DNA from: Lama guanicoe
Taxonomy: Eukaryota
Assembly (NCBI GenBank): GCA_013239625.1
Contig: MU054166.1
Location: 508,598-562,691 of the forward strand
Length of the DNA: 54,094 bases
Direction of reading: 5' to 3'
Below, in pieces: positions 39,640 to 54,094 of the stretch (position 1 is the first letter of the stretch; each line of letters begins with the position of its first letter). The notes under the pieces were generated by a model. The model ran no database searches. It worked only from the letters and a program-made list of their open reading frames with translations, and was not told where the DNA came from. Made by a program: the position numbers and the translations under genes.

Positions 39640-42600
39640 TATACTCGTTTCCTACACAAATACAGCAGGCATAAGGCAGTGGCAAGACAGATTCAAAGTC
39701 CTGAACGGAAGAAAGCTGTAATCTAAGATACTTTATCAAGCAAGGCTTTCTTTTAGAAGAAGGAGAGATAAATAACTTCCACACAAGCCAATACTTAAAG
39801 AATTTAGCAGGAGAAAAAGAAATAAAAAAGATCTACTATAAATAAAAAAGAAGCAGGATGCTATAGAAAAGAGAAAGTCATAATTAGAAAGGAAGTATAT
39901 ATAATGACTTACAACAGAATAAATATGATCTTGTAAAAGAAGAGATCAAAAATTTTAAGGGTCACAGAATGAAACAGGAAAATAAAGAGTGTTTTCTTCT
40001 TGTTTCTGTTCTCTGTTGTATGGATTTGAATTTGTATTCTTATCAGTTAAAATAAACAGATATATTATGGTTCAATATGCATACAAAACAAGGTAACCAT
40101 AAGTCAAAAGCGTACAATGAAGTCACAAAGCCAAAAAGAATCCGAGATTATAAAAGAAATCTTATCAAGCCACAAAAACAAAAACAAATGAACAAAAAGA
40201 AAATATCAAATCAATTGGAGAATGAAGTTCAATAAGGAAATAAACATGTCTATCAATAATTGTCACAAATGTTAATGGACTTAGTGCTTCAATCAAAAGA
40301 TGTATATTGTCAGATGGGATAATACAACAAGACCCTACATTATGAAGCATAGAGGAGACCCAATATAGTAAGAGGAAAACACATGAATTGAAAGTCAGAA
40401 GTTAGAAAAGTATATTCCATGCAAATGTAAATGACAAGAAAGCAGGACTAGCAGTACTGACTTCACACAAAGAGACTTTACATAAAAGGCCATAGAGACA
40501 GATAAACAAGGACATGATATAATGATTAAAGGAGCAAATGAAAATGGGGATATTATACTCATTAAGTTATATGCACTCAGTATAGGAGCACCTAAATACA
40601 TAAAGGAAACACTAATAGATAAAATAGAGAAATCCCTGGGAAGAGAATAAATGTAAGAGACTATAACTCCCCATTATCATCACTGGACTGGTCTTTCACA
40701 CAGAAAATTAATAAGGGAACAAAGATACTAAAATACATAATAAAATAATTGGAGATGCTTGATATTTTCAAAACAGTTCTTCTCCCCAAAACGAATATAT
40801 ATTTTTTTCCTGTTCACAAGGAATATTTTCTATGAAAGATTACATACTCAGGCACTCAAGAAGCTTCAACAAATTTAATTAGAGAAAAATTATTTTAAGC
40901 ATCTTTTCTGAGTATAATACCATGAAACTTGAAATCAATCACAGAAAACCAGGGAGAAAAAAATAACACCATCCAGATGAAAAATCATGGTACTAAAACA
41001 AGGGGGTCAGGTGCTGAAGTAAAAGAAGAAATTAAAAAATATCTTGAGAAATATGACATATACTACACAAAGTCTATGGAATACTGTTAAAGCAGGCTTA
41101 AGAGTGAAGTTCATAGTGACAAGGCCATCCTCAAATTAGAAGAACAATTTCAAATATATAATCTAATGTTCTATGTAAACAAATCAGGAAAAGATTAACA
41201 AACAAAATCAAAAGTCAAAAGAAAGAGGGAAAAAATAAAGATCAAGGAAGAAATATTTGAAATAGAGTTTAAAAAATAGAAAATTCAATCAATCTCTTTT
41301 TGAAATAGTAAACAAAATTGAGAAATCTCTGGACAGACTCACCAACAAAAAAAGAGAGAGAACACAAATAATATTAGAAATGAAAAAGGAGAAACTACAA
41401 AGAGAACATCAAATTTACAAAATATCATAAGGGAATACAATGAGTAACTGTGTGGAAATAAACTGGATAACCAGGAAGAAATGGAGAAGTTTTTGGAAAG
41501 ATTCAGCCCACAAATATAGCATCAAGGAGAAGTTAGCCATTTGAACAGACAGATCACCATAAATGGAATAGAATTATCAATAAAATAAAAAAATCTCTGC
41601 AAACAAAATTCAAACCCAAATAGTTTCACTGGGGAATTTGACCAAACATACAAAGAAAAATCCATACCAGTCCTCCTCAAACTCTTCCAAAAGATTGATA
41701 TGGAGAGAGTACTCCCAATCTCACACTGTTAGGCCAACATCAACCTGATACCAAAACCACACAAAGACACTACCCCAAAAAGAAAACTATAGGCCAATAT
41801 CATTGATAAACATTGAAATAAAAGTTCTTGAGAAATTATTAAACAGAATCCAAAATCATGTTAAAAAAGATCATGCACCATGGACAAGTTAGGTTCATCC
41901 CAGGAACACAAGAATGGTTGAACATATGCAAATAAATCAATCAATTGTGATACACCATATCAACAAAAGAGAAGACAAAACGATATGATCATCTCAGTAG
42001 ATGCAGAAAAAGCATTTAATAAAATTTAAAACTTACATGCAATGAAATTTCTTATCACAGTGGGCATAGAGGGACCATATCTCAATGTAATGAAAGCTAT
42101 TTATAACAAACATATAGTCAGCCTAATACTCAATGGTGGAAAACTGGAACCCATCCCACAAAAACCTGAGACAAGACAAGGAAGCCCATTCTCACAATTT
42201 CAAATCAATGCAGTCTTGGAATTCCTAACCACAACGATCAGGCAAGAAAAAGAAATAAAAGTACTCAGACTGGAAAAGAAGATGTAAAATTGCCATGATA
42301 TGCAGACATGACTGTATATATAGAAAACTGTAAAAATTTCACACAAAAATACTTAGGCTAAAAAAGGAACTGGGCAATGTAGCCAGAGTAATGTACAAAA
42401 ACCAATTAAATTTCTTTACACAACCATTGAATCAACAGGAAAACAAAGTATAGAAACAACCCCTTTTATAAATGCACGAAAAATTACAAAATGCTTAAGA
42501 ATAACTCTGACCAAGGAGGTGAATGACTTATAAATGGAGAAAAAGAAAACATTGATTGATGAATTCAAGAAAGATTTAAGGAATTGAAAAGATACCCAAT

Positions 42601-44370
42601 GGTCTCGTAGTGGAAGAAATAATATTGTTTAAATGGCCATACTACCCAAGGAAATCCACATACTTTATCTGAGTTCCTATCATATTATTCAAAACATTTC
42701 TTTTTAGGACTGAAACAAATGATCATATGATTTATATAGATACAATAAAGATCCATAATTTCCAAAACAAAATTGAAGACAAAGAAAGAGGCTGGAGGAA
42801 TAACCTGCCTGATCTCCATACACTATGGCAGAGCTACAATAATTAAAACATCATGATATTGGTACAGAAACAGGCATATGGACCAATGGAACAGAAAAGG
42901 GAGCCTAGGAATAAATCTTCAGGTCTATGCTCAATTAATATTTTACAGAGTAGCCAAGAATATGACACAGAAAAGACCATCTCTTCACCAACTGTTGTTG
43001 GGAAAACTGAATAGCAGCATCAGAGCAATGGAGTTAGAACACTCTTTCACTCCATACACAAGAATAAACTTAAAATTACTTGAAGAATTAAATGTAAGGC
43101 AATACACAGTAAATCTCCTAGAAGAAAACATACGCAAAACACTCTGAGATAATTCTCAGCAATGATCTCCTAGAACAGCCTACCCAGGTAATGGATGTAA
43201 CAGCAAAATTAATAAATAGGACCTAATTAAACTTATAATCTTTTGCACAGCAAAGGAAACCATAAACAAAGCAAAATGATATCCTACAGGATTAAAGAAA
43301 ATATTTAGAAGTGATGTAACTGACAAAGGCTAAATTTCCAAATTATAAAGAGTTCATACAAACTAATAGTAATACCTAAGAAAACAAGAAACCCAATCTG
43401 AAAATGGGCAGAAGCCCTTAACAAGCAATTCTCCATTAGAGACATACAAATGCCACAAAGATATTTGAAAAAAATTGCTCTCTATCATTATCAGTGAATG
43501 GCAATTCAATACTATAATGAAGTATCAACTCACAATAGTCACAATGGCCATCATTCAAAAGCCCACAGACAATAAATGCTGGGGAAGCTGTGGAGAAAGG
43601 GAACCCTCAAACACTGTTGGTAGGAATGTAGTTTGGTGCAGTCACTGCGGAAAACAGGATGGGGATTCCTCTAAAGCATAAAAATAGACTTAAAATATGA
43701 TCCAGCAATTCCACTTCTGGGTATATATCAAAGAGAACCCTAATTCCAAATGTCACCTGCACCCCAATGTACTTAGCAGTGCTATATACAACAACCACGA
43801 CATGGAAGCTACATAATTGTTCATCAACATATAAAAGTATACAGAATTTAAGCCCTATTTACACAGTGGAATAATATTCTGCCTTAAAAAATATAAAACA
43901 ATGACATTTGCAGCAAAATGGATGTCCCCATAATGTGTCATTCTAATTGAACTAAGCCAGAAAGAGAGAGAAAAATAACACATGACATGATATATGCAGA
44001 AACTTAAAAAAAATTTGGATAAGAACACTATGATTTCATCTACAAAACTGAAACACACTTGCAGATTTGCTTAATAATCTTATGGTTACTGCTGAAAGGG
44101 CTTGGAGAGGATATATTTGGGAGCTGTAGGGTTATAAATTGTATCCACTATATATAAAAATAGATTTTTTCAAAATGTCTTTTGTATGACACAGGGCATT
44201 ATGTTAAATATTGTGAAGTATACTTTAATAGGCACACAAATATATCCATGAAGTGTTACACTGTGCTATACACCACAGATTGACACATTGTAAATGGCAG
44301 TACTTCAATGATAAATAAATGGATAAATAAGTAAATAAGTAAGTAAGTAAATAAATAAATAAATAAAATA
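39640..44370 (+). mobile_element. 5'-truncated LINE-1 with (TAAA/TAAG)n tail, paralogous to 9010..13365
   Basis: ORF2 fragments ETRQGSPFS, MDQWNR and CWGSCGERE, with a tail at ~44310-44370. Confidence 0.95.
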
Positions 44371-44384
44371 TTTAATATTTAAAA

Positions 44385-45240
44385 AATACAAAGATTCACA
44401 CTACTTAAGTTTACACATCAAGAATCAAGGAGAAAACAGAAACACTAAAGAAGAAAATTGAATGAATGAGAGTAAGGCAAATAACAAGAGAAACAATTGA
44501 AAAGATAAAAACAAACCTAAGTCTGTTTGTTTTAAACATAAATTGGACAAACTTTTAGGTTTTCTAAGAAAATAAAGACTCAAATAAAATTAGAAATAAA
44601 AGAGAAGATATTACCACTGATGTTGAAGAGATGCATAGCATCATAAGAAATTACCACTAGCCAACAATTTGAATGACCTTGAACAAAATACAAATTCCCA
44701 GAAACATATGTCTTCCAATACTGAATCAAGAAGAAATTAAATAGTTAAATTCAGCACAAGTGTGTATGAGTAAATCAGTAATCCAAACCTCCCATACAAA
44801 AAAATATTTACAAGATAACTTTATTGGTGAATTATGTGATACATTTGAAGAAAATTTCTCACCAATGATTCCCCAAACCTTCCAAGAATTTGAAGGGGTT
44901 GAAAGTATCCAAACTTGTTTTATGATTCCAGCTTTATTTGCATAACAATGCTAGAAAGGACATTATATGCAAAATAAAGGGTATTAACCCTGATGTACAG
45001 TTGTGCCAAAATTCTCAACAAAACACAAGCAAAATGAATTCAACAACACATTTAACATATCATACACATAAACGAGTAAAGGGAATTATACCTGGGTTTA
45101 AGGATACTTCAAAATATTCAATTCAATAAAGGTGACATACCACACTAATAGAATGAGAAATAAAACTCACATAATCATCTCAATAGGTGCAGAAAAAGCA
45201 TTGTATATAATGCAACATAATTTTAAGACACTGCCAAAAA
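44385..45240 (+). mobile_element. Old LINE-1 ORF2 fragment, paralogous to 13370..14220
   Basis: Colinear with unit 1. Confidence 0.85.
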
Positions 45241-45253
45241 ATTAAATTAACCC

Positions 45254-45592
45254 TGTCAGTGGCACGATATCATATACACACAAACGCTGTATGGAGACAA
45301 GCGAAGCAGTTCTGTTTATTGATTCTAAGGAAAAGGGTTTATATAGGACATGCACAATGCCTCACATATCATCTAAGTTATAACAATGTTAATAATCTTA
45401 AGCTATATATGTTCACTTGCTCCCGCAGTAAGCACAGGATATTAAATGATCAAGGGTTGTTTTAAAGTTCATCATGGAACTTCATTAAGTAGGCCATTTC
45501 TTATCCAGCATGGATATGTGACATTTCTCACAGCTTGATTATCAGTTCAGCCCATGGGCTGATACTCTAGAGCCTTCAGACAGGGGCCTACA
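45254..45592 (-). mobile_element. ERV solo LTR, copy 2 (339 bp)
   Basis: A perfect AACCC TSD (45249-45253 and 45593-45597) flanks TG...CA. The minus strand has a TATA (45338-45345) and AATAAA (45315-45320). Confidence 0.8.
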
Positions 45593-45659
45593 AACCCAAA
45601 ATCCCTTGACAGAAAACTGGATGAAGAAAATTTGATGTTTATATGCAATGGAATTAATA

Positions 45660-48600
45660 CTTTGCTTTCCTATCAACAGTGTCCACAGTGTTCCCTTTTC
45701 TCCACAATCTCACCAACATATATTTTTCTCTTTTTGATGAGAGCCTTCTGACAAGTGTGAGGTCTTGTCTCTTTTTTGGTTTATGACTTTCCTAATAATT
45801 TATATCTCTGAACAGATTTTCATGTGTCATTTATCCTACTGTATATTTTCTACAGAAAATTGATTCAGATATATGTATTCAGTTCCTATGAACTTTTTTA
45901 AATTGGATTGTTTGGTCTTTTTGTTGTTGTTGTGTCTAGTTTGCCATATAATTTGGATATTAACACTTGATTGGAAAATATCACTTGCAAATATATGCTC
46001 CTATTGTGTTGGTTGAGTTTTCATTTTATTGATCATTCCTTCTGCAGTGTAAATCTGTTTAGTCTGATACAATCATATTTTGTTAGATTTGCTTCTGCTT
46101 CCCTTGACAGAGGAGACATATGAAGAATCAAATTTAGTCAAGTGTACTTCTTGTGTTTTAATCTAGGATTCTTTGTTTTCAGGTTTTATGTTTTATGTGC
46201 CCAGGAGTGGGATTGCTGGGTCATATGATAGGTCCATTTTTATTATTTAAAGGAAATTCCATACTGTCCCAAAGTGATTGCACCAATTTTCATTCCTACC
46301 AACAGCGTTTGAGTGTCCCTTTTTCTCTACAACCTCCACAGTCTTTATAATTTTTAGACATTTTGATGACAACCCTTCTCACTAGTGTGAGGTAAAACAT
46401 TATTTTATTTTTGTCTTGCCTTTGTATAATGATTAGCTATGTGAGCATGTATTTATGTTCCTGTTTGTCATCTCTGTGACTTTTTTAGAGAATTGTCTTC
46501 TGCTCATTTTCTGGCTTAGTTGTTTGTAGATTTTTGAAAAGGAGTTGTATGAACTATATGTGTATTTTAGAAATTAGTCTCTTGTTGATTGCACTGTTTC
46601 CTAATATTTTCTCCCATTTGGAAGTTCATCTTTTCTTTCTGTTTATTTTGCAGTGTAGAAGCTTTTAAGATTAATTTGAACCTAATTGATTATTTTGCTT
46701 TTATTGTTTTCAGCTTGGGAGTGTGACATAGGAAAATTTTACTACAATTTATCTATTGTTTTCCCTATGATATTTTCCAGGAGTTTTATTGTGTCATGTA
46801 TTAGATTCAGATATTTAAAACATTTTGAATTTGTATTTGTACAGTGTGTGGGAGTGTTCTAATTTCATTGATTTACATGTAGCTGTTTAGCTTTCTCAAC
46901 ATCACTTGCTGAAGACTGTCTTTTAGGCATTGTATATTTTTGTTTCCTTTGTCATAGTTTAGTTGACCATAGTTGTGATGTTTTATTTCTGCCTCAGTGT
47001 TCTGTTCCAGTGATATAGATGTTTACTTGTTTTCCAGTATTGTGCTGTTTTGATTACTGTATTTTGTAATATAGTCTGAGATCTGGGAGGGTTATGGGTT
47101 ATGCATCCAACTTTGTTCTTTTTCCTGATTGTTTCTTTTGCAGTTCTGGTTCTTTTGCACTTACTTACAAATCTTAGGACTGTTTCTATTTCTGTGAAAA
47201 ATATCATGAAGTTCGATCTGAATCACTTTATATCTGTAGACATCTTTTGCAGTATGTATATTTTAACAATATTATTTCCTGTAAACTAAGAACTTGAAAT
47301 TTTTTTCCATTTCTTTGCCTCATCATCAAATTTATTTATCAGTGAATTTTTGATTATATTAACTTGGTTTTTTCATAGTTTTTTCCTTTTTTTGATCTGA
47401 TTTCATATGGATTTTTTAAAATTATGTAATATTTCATTGTTAGTGTAAAGAAATATGACAATTTTTGTATATTAATAATGAATCATGCAACTTTGTTAAA
47501 TGTCTGTATTAGTTTTTTCTTGTTCTGGTGTGGAGAATCTTAAGGGTTCTCTATATAGATTATCATCTCATCTAAAATAATAACAAATTTACTTCATTCA
47601 ATCCAACTTTAATACATTTTTTTCTACGCTGATTGCTGTTGCTAGGACTTCCCATACTGTGTTTAATAGAAATGATGTGAGTGGGCATCCTTGTTGTATT
47701 CCATAATTTGGCTTTCAGTTGTTCACTTTTGCATATTTTGTTGTCTGTTGTTCTGTAATAAATGACTTTAGTTATGTTGAGATATATTTCCTGAATCCTA
47801 GTTTGATAAGAGGTTTCTATTGTTGTAGTTGTTGTTGTTGTTGCTGCTGTTGTTGCTGTTCCAATGAATAAATGTTGAATTTTGTGAAATGCTTTTGAAG
47901 GATTTATTGGGATAACCACATCATTTTCTCTTTTATTTTGATATTGTGGTGTATCAAACTGATTGATTTGTGTATGTTGAACCTCTCTTGTGACACTTCA
48001 ATGAATCCAAGTTGATCATGGTGCATGATTCATTTTTGATGTTGCTGGATTTAGTTTGTTAATTATATTTTGTAGAATATTTGCATCTAAATCAATCAAA
48101 TATATTGGCTTGAAGTTGTCTTAGCCTGTACTTTCTTCATTGGCTTTGCTATCAGGTTGATGAAAGCTTCATAGAATTAATTTGGTAGTTTCCCACATCT
48201 TCACTATTTTTGAATAGTTTGAAGAGTATAAGTCCTGCTTTGTATTTCTGTTCAGTTCTCCACAGGAGCTGTTTATATCTGCACCAACGTTTAATGATTT
48301 TTTTAAATGCAGATTCTAACTTTCTTCTCGAAATCAGTTTGTTCAAATGATTTGTTTCTCCTTATCTCTGTCTCTTTCTAGACATTTGTCTATTTCTTCT
48401 AATTTGTCCAGTTAATTGGCATATAATTGTAGACATAATGAACAAATTTTTGGATAACTGAGGTAACAATTGTTATTTCTCTTCTTTTATTTCTGACTTT
48501 ATTTCTTTGGAGCATCTTTCTTTTCTTCATGATGCACCTGGTTAGAGGTGTTTTGATTTTGCTTATCTTAAAAAGAAAACATAAAACAAAATCTTTGGTT

Positions 48601-48660
48601 TTACTAAAATTTTGAACAGTTTTTTTCCTCTATAATTTATATTTTCACCTGTAATATTTA
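45660..48660 (-). mobile_element. Old LINE-1 ORF2 fragments, including a (GTT/GCT)n tract at ~47820-47860
   Basis: Continuous reverse-complement ORF2 motifs. ORF 47572..47919 gives KAFHKIQH and YLNITKVIY. Confidence 0.88.
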
Positions 48661-48679
48661 GGATCATGTTTTTTATTGT

Positions 48680-51600
48680 TTTTTCCTTTTTTTATTGCAT
48701 TACAGTCATTAGACAAAGTTGTCTCCAATTCCAGCGTAGAGCACAATTTTTCAGTTACAATGAATATATATACATTTGTTGTCACATTTTTTCTTCTGTG
48801 AGCTGCCGTAAGATCTTTTATATATTTCCCTGTCCTATACAGTACAATCCTGTTTATCTATTCTACAATTTTGGCCTCCCAGTCTATCTCTCCCCACACT
48901 CCACCACCTTGGCAACCAAAACATTGAATTCTATGACTGTGAGTCTATTTCTGTATTGAATTTGGGCTTTTTTTTGTTTTGTTTTGTTTTGTTTTTAGAT
49001 TCCACTAATGAGCCATCTTATATGATATTTTTCTTTCTCTTTCTGGCTTATTTCACTTACACTGATTTTCTCCAGGAGCATCCATGTTGCTGAAAATGGT
49101 GTTATGTTGCCGTTTTATATGGCTGACAAGTATTCCATTGTATAAATATTCAACATCTTCTTTATCCAGTTAATGGTTGATGGACATTTAGGCTGTTTCC
49201 ATGCCTTGGCTATTGTAAATAGTGTTGGCTATGAACTGTGGGTTTCAAGTGCCATCCTGAATTAGGGTTCCTTCTGGATTAATGCCCAGGAGCAGGATTC
49301 CTGGGTCATATGGTAAGTCTATTCCTTGGCTTTTAAAGGATTTCCATCCTGTTTTCCACAGTGGCTACACCAAACTGCATTGCCACCAGTAGTGAAGGTT
49401 CCTTTTTCTCCACAGCCTCTCCAGCATTTTTCATTTGTGGATTTTTGAATGATGGCCATTCTGACTAGTGTGAGGTGATACCTCACTGTAGTTTTGAATT
49501 GCATTTCTCTGATCATCAGTGATATTGAACATTTTCTGATGTGTCTTTTGATCATTTGTATGTCTTCCTTGGAGAATCGCTTGTTTATGTTTTCTGCCCA
49601 TTTTTGGATTGTATTGATTATTTTTTTCTTATTCAGTTGGATGAGCTGGTTATATACTCTGAAGATCAAGCCTTTGTCGGTTTCAGATGCAAATTATTTT
49701 CCCATTCCATAGGTTGTCTTTTTGTTTCACTTCTAGTTTCTGTATTGTGAGAAGACAGAAGCTTGTAAGTTTCATTATGTCTCATTTGTTTATTCTTACT
49801 TTTATTTCTTCTACAAGAAGATTTTCGAGACTTATGTCTGATAACATTTTGCCTATGTTTTCCTCAAGGAGGTTTATTATATCTTGTCTTATGTTTAAGT
49901 CTTTGATCCATTCTGAGTTTATTTTTGTGTATGGTGTTCTAGCTTCATTGGGAGTGTTCTAGCTTCATTGATTTACATGCTGCTGTCCAGTATTCCCAAC
50001 ACCATTTGCTGAAGAGTCTGTCTCAATTCCATTGTATTTTCTTGCCTCCTTTGTCGAAAATTAATTGACCAAAAGTTTGTTGATTCATTTCTGGGCTGTC
50101 TTTTCTGTTCCATTGGGTTATATGTTTGTTTTCCTACCAATGCAGTGCTGTCATGTTGACTGTAGCTCTATAGTATTATCTGAATCGTTTGTGTAAAGAT
50201 ATGCCACTGGCTTTAAACCTTAATTTTGTAACCTGCTAACTTGCTGAATACTTGGATCAGCTGTAGTATTTTTTGTCTGGATCTTGCAGGGTTTTCTATA
50301 TATAGTAACACATTATCTGCATATAGTGAGGCTTTTACCCCTTCCTTTCCAATTTTCATCCCTTTAAATTCACTCTCTTGTTTGATTGCTATGGCTAGGA
50401 CTTCCAAGATTATATTGATTTGGAGTGGTGATAGTGTACATCCTTGTCTTGTCCCAGATTTTAGTTGGAAAATTTTGGCTTTATCACCATTGAGTACTAT
50501 GTTGTCTGTAGGTTTGTTTTCTATAGCTTTCATGATGCTTAAATATGTTCCCTCTATGCCCACTTTTGTGAGAGTTTTTATCATACGTTGGTGTTGAATT
50601 TTACCAAATGCTTTTCCTGCATTTATTGAGATGAGCATGTGGTTTTGATCTTTTCTCTTGTTTATGTGCTGTATTAAACTGATTGATTTGCATATGTTGA
50701 ACCACCCCTGTGTCCCTGGCATCCCAACTTAGTCATGATGTATAATCTTTTATCTGTGTTGTTGGATTCTCTTTGCTACTATTTTGGTGAGGATTTTGGC
50801 GTCTGTGCTCATAAGTGATATTGGCCTATAATCCTCTTTGTTGGTAGTGTCTTTGCCTGGTTGTGGTATCAGGGTTATTGTGGCTTCATAGAATGACTTT
50901 GGGAGTATTCCATCCTTTTCAATCTTCAGGAAGACTTTGAGAAGTACTGGTATGAGTACTTCTTTGTATATTTTGTATAATTTCACAATGAATCCATCCG
51001 GTCCTGGGCTGCTATTTTTAGGGAGACTTTTTATTGCTATTTTGATTTCATTTCTAGTGCTCTGCTTACTCAAGGGGTCAGTTTCTTCTTGATTCAGTCT
51101 TGGTGGACAGTATGTTTTCAGAAACTTTTCCATCTCCTCTAGGTTATCCAGTTAATGTCCATATACATTTTATAATATTTTCGTGTGGTATTCTGTATTT
51201 CTTTTTTATTTGTTGTAAATTCTCCATTCCCCTTTCTTATTTTGCTAATTTGTGCTCTCTCGCTTTTCTTTTATTTGAGTTTGGACAGAGGTTTGTTGAT
51301 TTTACTTACTTTTTTGAAAAACCAGCTTTTGGATTCATTGAATTTTTCCCTATGTTGTTATTAATCTCTTTAATTTCTTTCCTCCCCATCATTTATAATT
51401 TCCATCCTTCTGCTGCCTTTTGGGGTTTTTTGTTCTTCTTTTTCTAGTTCATTCTGCTGGTGGGTTAAATTGTTTAATTGTGATTGTTCTTATTTTTTGA
51501 GGAAGGCCTGTATCACTGTAAACTCCCCTCTCAGCACTGCTTTTGCTGTGTCCCATAAAATTTGTGATTTTGCTTTCATTTTCTTTTGTATCAAAGTACT

Positions 51601-54075
51601 TTTTCATTTCAAATTTGATTTCTTCATTGAACCATTGGTTTTTTAATAAAATACTGCTTAATCTCCAAGTTTTCCTTTTTTTCTCCTTTGTTTCTCTGTT
51701 GCTGATTTCTAGCTTCATGGTATTGTGTTCAGTAAAGATGCTTGAGGTAATTTCTATCTTCTTAAAATTGCTGAGGTTTCTTTTGTGCCCAAGTACATCA
51801 TGAAACCTGGAAACTATTCCATGTGCACTTCAGAAGAATGTATATCCTATTTTTTGTGGGGTACAATGCTCTGAAAATATCCACCAATAGCAATATTTCT
51901 ATTGTATTATTTAACTTCTCTGTTGCCTAGTTTATTTTCTATCTCGGTGATCTCTCCAGTGATATTAATGCAGTGTTGAAATCTCCAAATGTGATTAGAT
52001 TCCCATAACTATCCCACTTTATATCTGTTAGTAATTATTTTATGTACTTAGGTGCTCCTCTATTTGGTGCCTATGTATTAACGAGTGTGTTATCCTCATC
52101 TTTTATCACTCATTGAATCATTATAAAATGTCCTTCCTTATCTTTCTTTATGGCCTTTGTTTTAAAGACTATTTTGTCAGTAGTGGGTACTGCAACACCT
52201 GCTTTTTTTGCTTTTCCATTTGTATGGAATACCCTTTTCCATCGTTTCACTCTCAATCTATATGTGTTCTTCTCTCTGAAGTGGGTCTCTTGTATGCAGC
52301 ATATTGAAGTTTCTTCCTTTTTTATCCAGCATGCCACTCTATTATTTTCGACTGGAACAATTAGTCCATTAACATTTACATTAATTTATGATAGGTTTGA
52401 TTTTATTGCCATTTTCACCTTATTTTTCAGTTGATTTAGTATTTCCTCTTTTTTCCTTTCATCTTCCATTTTATGGTCTGGTAATTTTCCTTTGTATTAA
52501 CATGAATTATATTTAGCTTTACTGACTCCCTGAAAAGGATTGTCTTTTTCTTACCTCTTTTTATAAGTCTTTTAGACCATTATTATAACAGCTTTTATTA
52601 AACTGATAGTAACTTGATCTCAACCCATCCTATCGTGAAAAAAAATTTTAAAATGAAAGACCAAAAAAAAAAATTCTCTGTTTTCCTGCCTCCCTCTCCC
52701 AATCTCAATGATTTGTTTGTCTTGTTTTAAAATTTTGTGTTTATTTTATTTGTAATTTATCACTTATCACCTTTCTAGCTGTGAGTTTCACATTTCTGTA
52801 GCATCCTGCTTCTTTTCTATTTAGAGAAGAATTTTCAATATTTCTTTTAGCATGGGTCTAGTTTTGCTAAACTCTTTTAGCTTTTTCTTCTCTGTGAAAT
52901 AGTTTATGTCACCTTCTACCATAAAGGATAGACTTGCTGGTCAAAGTATCCTACGGTATATAATTTTTTTCATTCAGGACTTTGAATATAACTTGCCACT
53001 CCCTTGTGGCCTGCAGTATTTGTGTATTGAAATCAGCTGGGAGCCTTATGGGGATTCCCTTGTAACTCACTCTTTGCTCTGCTCTTATTGCCTTTAGGAT
53101 TATTTCTTTATCCCTGACTCAGGCCGTCTTAATTATATGTCTTTATGTGGGTGCATTTGGGTTCTTCTTGTTTGGGACACTCTGAGTTTTCTGTACTTGG
53201 ATATCTGATTCCTTCTTTAAGTGTGGGAAGTTCTCAGTCATGATTTCTTCAAACAACTTTGCAATCCCCTTTGATCTTTCCTCCCATTCTGGGACTTCTA
53301 TCATGCCAAGATTGGCATGCTTTCTATTCTGCCATAGGTCCCTTATGCTTTTTTCATTTGTTTCTCATTGTTTCTCTTGTAGCTCTTCTGATTGGAAGCT
53401 TTCTATTGTCTTGTATTCAAAGTCAGTAATTCGTTCCTCTCTGTTATCTAGTCAGCTTTGCGATGCCTTTAGATCGTTACTCATTTCAGTTAACGAGTTT
53501 ACCTATTCTACTTGGCTCTTCTTTATAGCTTCCATTGCATTTTTGACATATTTTATATCTCTAAACCCTCTCCCTTTTATTTGCTTCAGTATTTTGATAA
53601 TTCCTTTTTTAAATATTGATCTACTAAGATATCTTTGTCTATTTCACTGATCGCTCTTTCAGAGGATTTCTCCTGTTCTTTTAATTGGGAATGGTTTCTC
53701 TGCTCTTTCATCTTGCTCCTACTTCTCTGGCACTGTGGTTTCTGGTGTATCATTTATCTACTGTTGTTCTAAAGGAGTTTATCTACCTAATGCCTATGTA
53801 GTAATACAACTTAGAAAACAGAATAGAGAGAGAGAGATAAAGAATTTTAAAGAAGGGAGAAATAAAGCTTTGCAGACATTGTTTAATGAATAATAGAATA
53901 GCAGGTAGAAGCCGAGCTTTGAAAAGTAATAATAATAAAAATATTTTAAAAATTTCAAAGGGATGAAAATGGGAATAAATATAATTGCACAAAAAGTAGA
54001 AATTAGGAGGGTAATAGAAAATGAAACCGGTTAAAACAGATTAAAACAAGGTGGTCAGTGTCCTCCTGGAGACTG
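48680..54075 (-). mobile_element. LINE-1 with 3' end retained (poly-T, 3'UTR, ORF2, ORF1, part of 5'UTR), paralogous to 15635..21593
   Basis: T-tail at ~48670-48695. ORF2 peptides include [26 protein letters not shown] and ICCIQETH. Confidence 0.95.
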
Positions 54076-54094
54076 ATCTACACATCTTGCAAGG

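Larger units (their letters stand above)
30431..54094 (+). repeat. Tandem amplicon unit 2 (partial, runs off the window)
   Basis: Same order of L1 3' end, unique flank, HSFY, SINE, L1(+), LTR and L1(-) as unit 1. Spot checks of 60-nt blocks gave 1 to ~14 mismatches. Confidence 0.95.

Noticed and set aside
50213..52337. RT and endonuclease ORFs as an active retroelement or novel RT system
   Set aside because: These are fragmented L1 ORF2 pieces with many stops, and the catalytic motif has decayed to YADN.
54076..54094. Loss of similarity to unit 1 in the last ~19 nt
   Set aside because: It is too short to interpret at the window end.

Overview
This is AT-rich, CpG-depleted mammalian genomic DNA, mostly decayed LINE-1, organised as a head-to-tail tandem amplicon with a period of about 30.4 kb. 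Position 11 aligns with 30441, and unit 1 (1..~20433) aligns with ~30431..54075. Each unit carries one two-exon HSFY (heat shock transcription factor, Y-linked) copy on the minus strand, at 4702..6370 and 35316..36986. Both copies are pseudogenes with different, non-shared stops, frameshifts and splice lesions, and their consensus reconstructs an intact 401-codon HSFY. Each unit also contains a CRE-like plus RFX X-box promoter module, a solo LTR with TG..CA ends and a 5-bp TSD, a tRNA-type SINE fragment and a near full-length L1. The HSFY array and the style of the SINE and L1 3' ends suggest a Y-chromosome ampliconic region of a cetartiodactyl, possibly a camelid (inference). There are two assembly gaps. 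I found no intact protein-coding gene and no novel biological system; the points of interest concern amplicon evolution.
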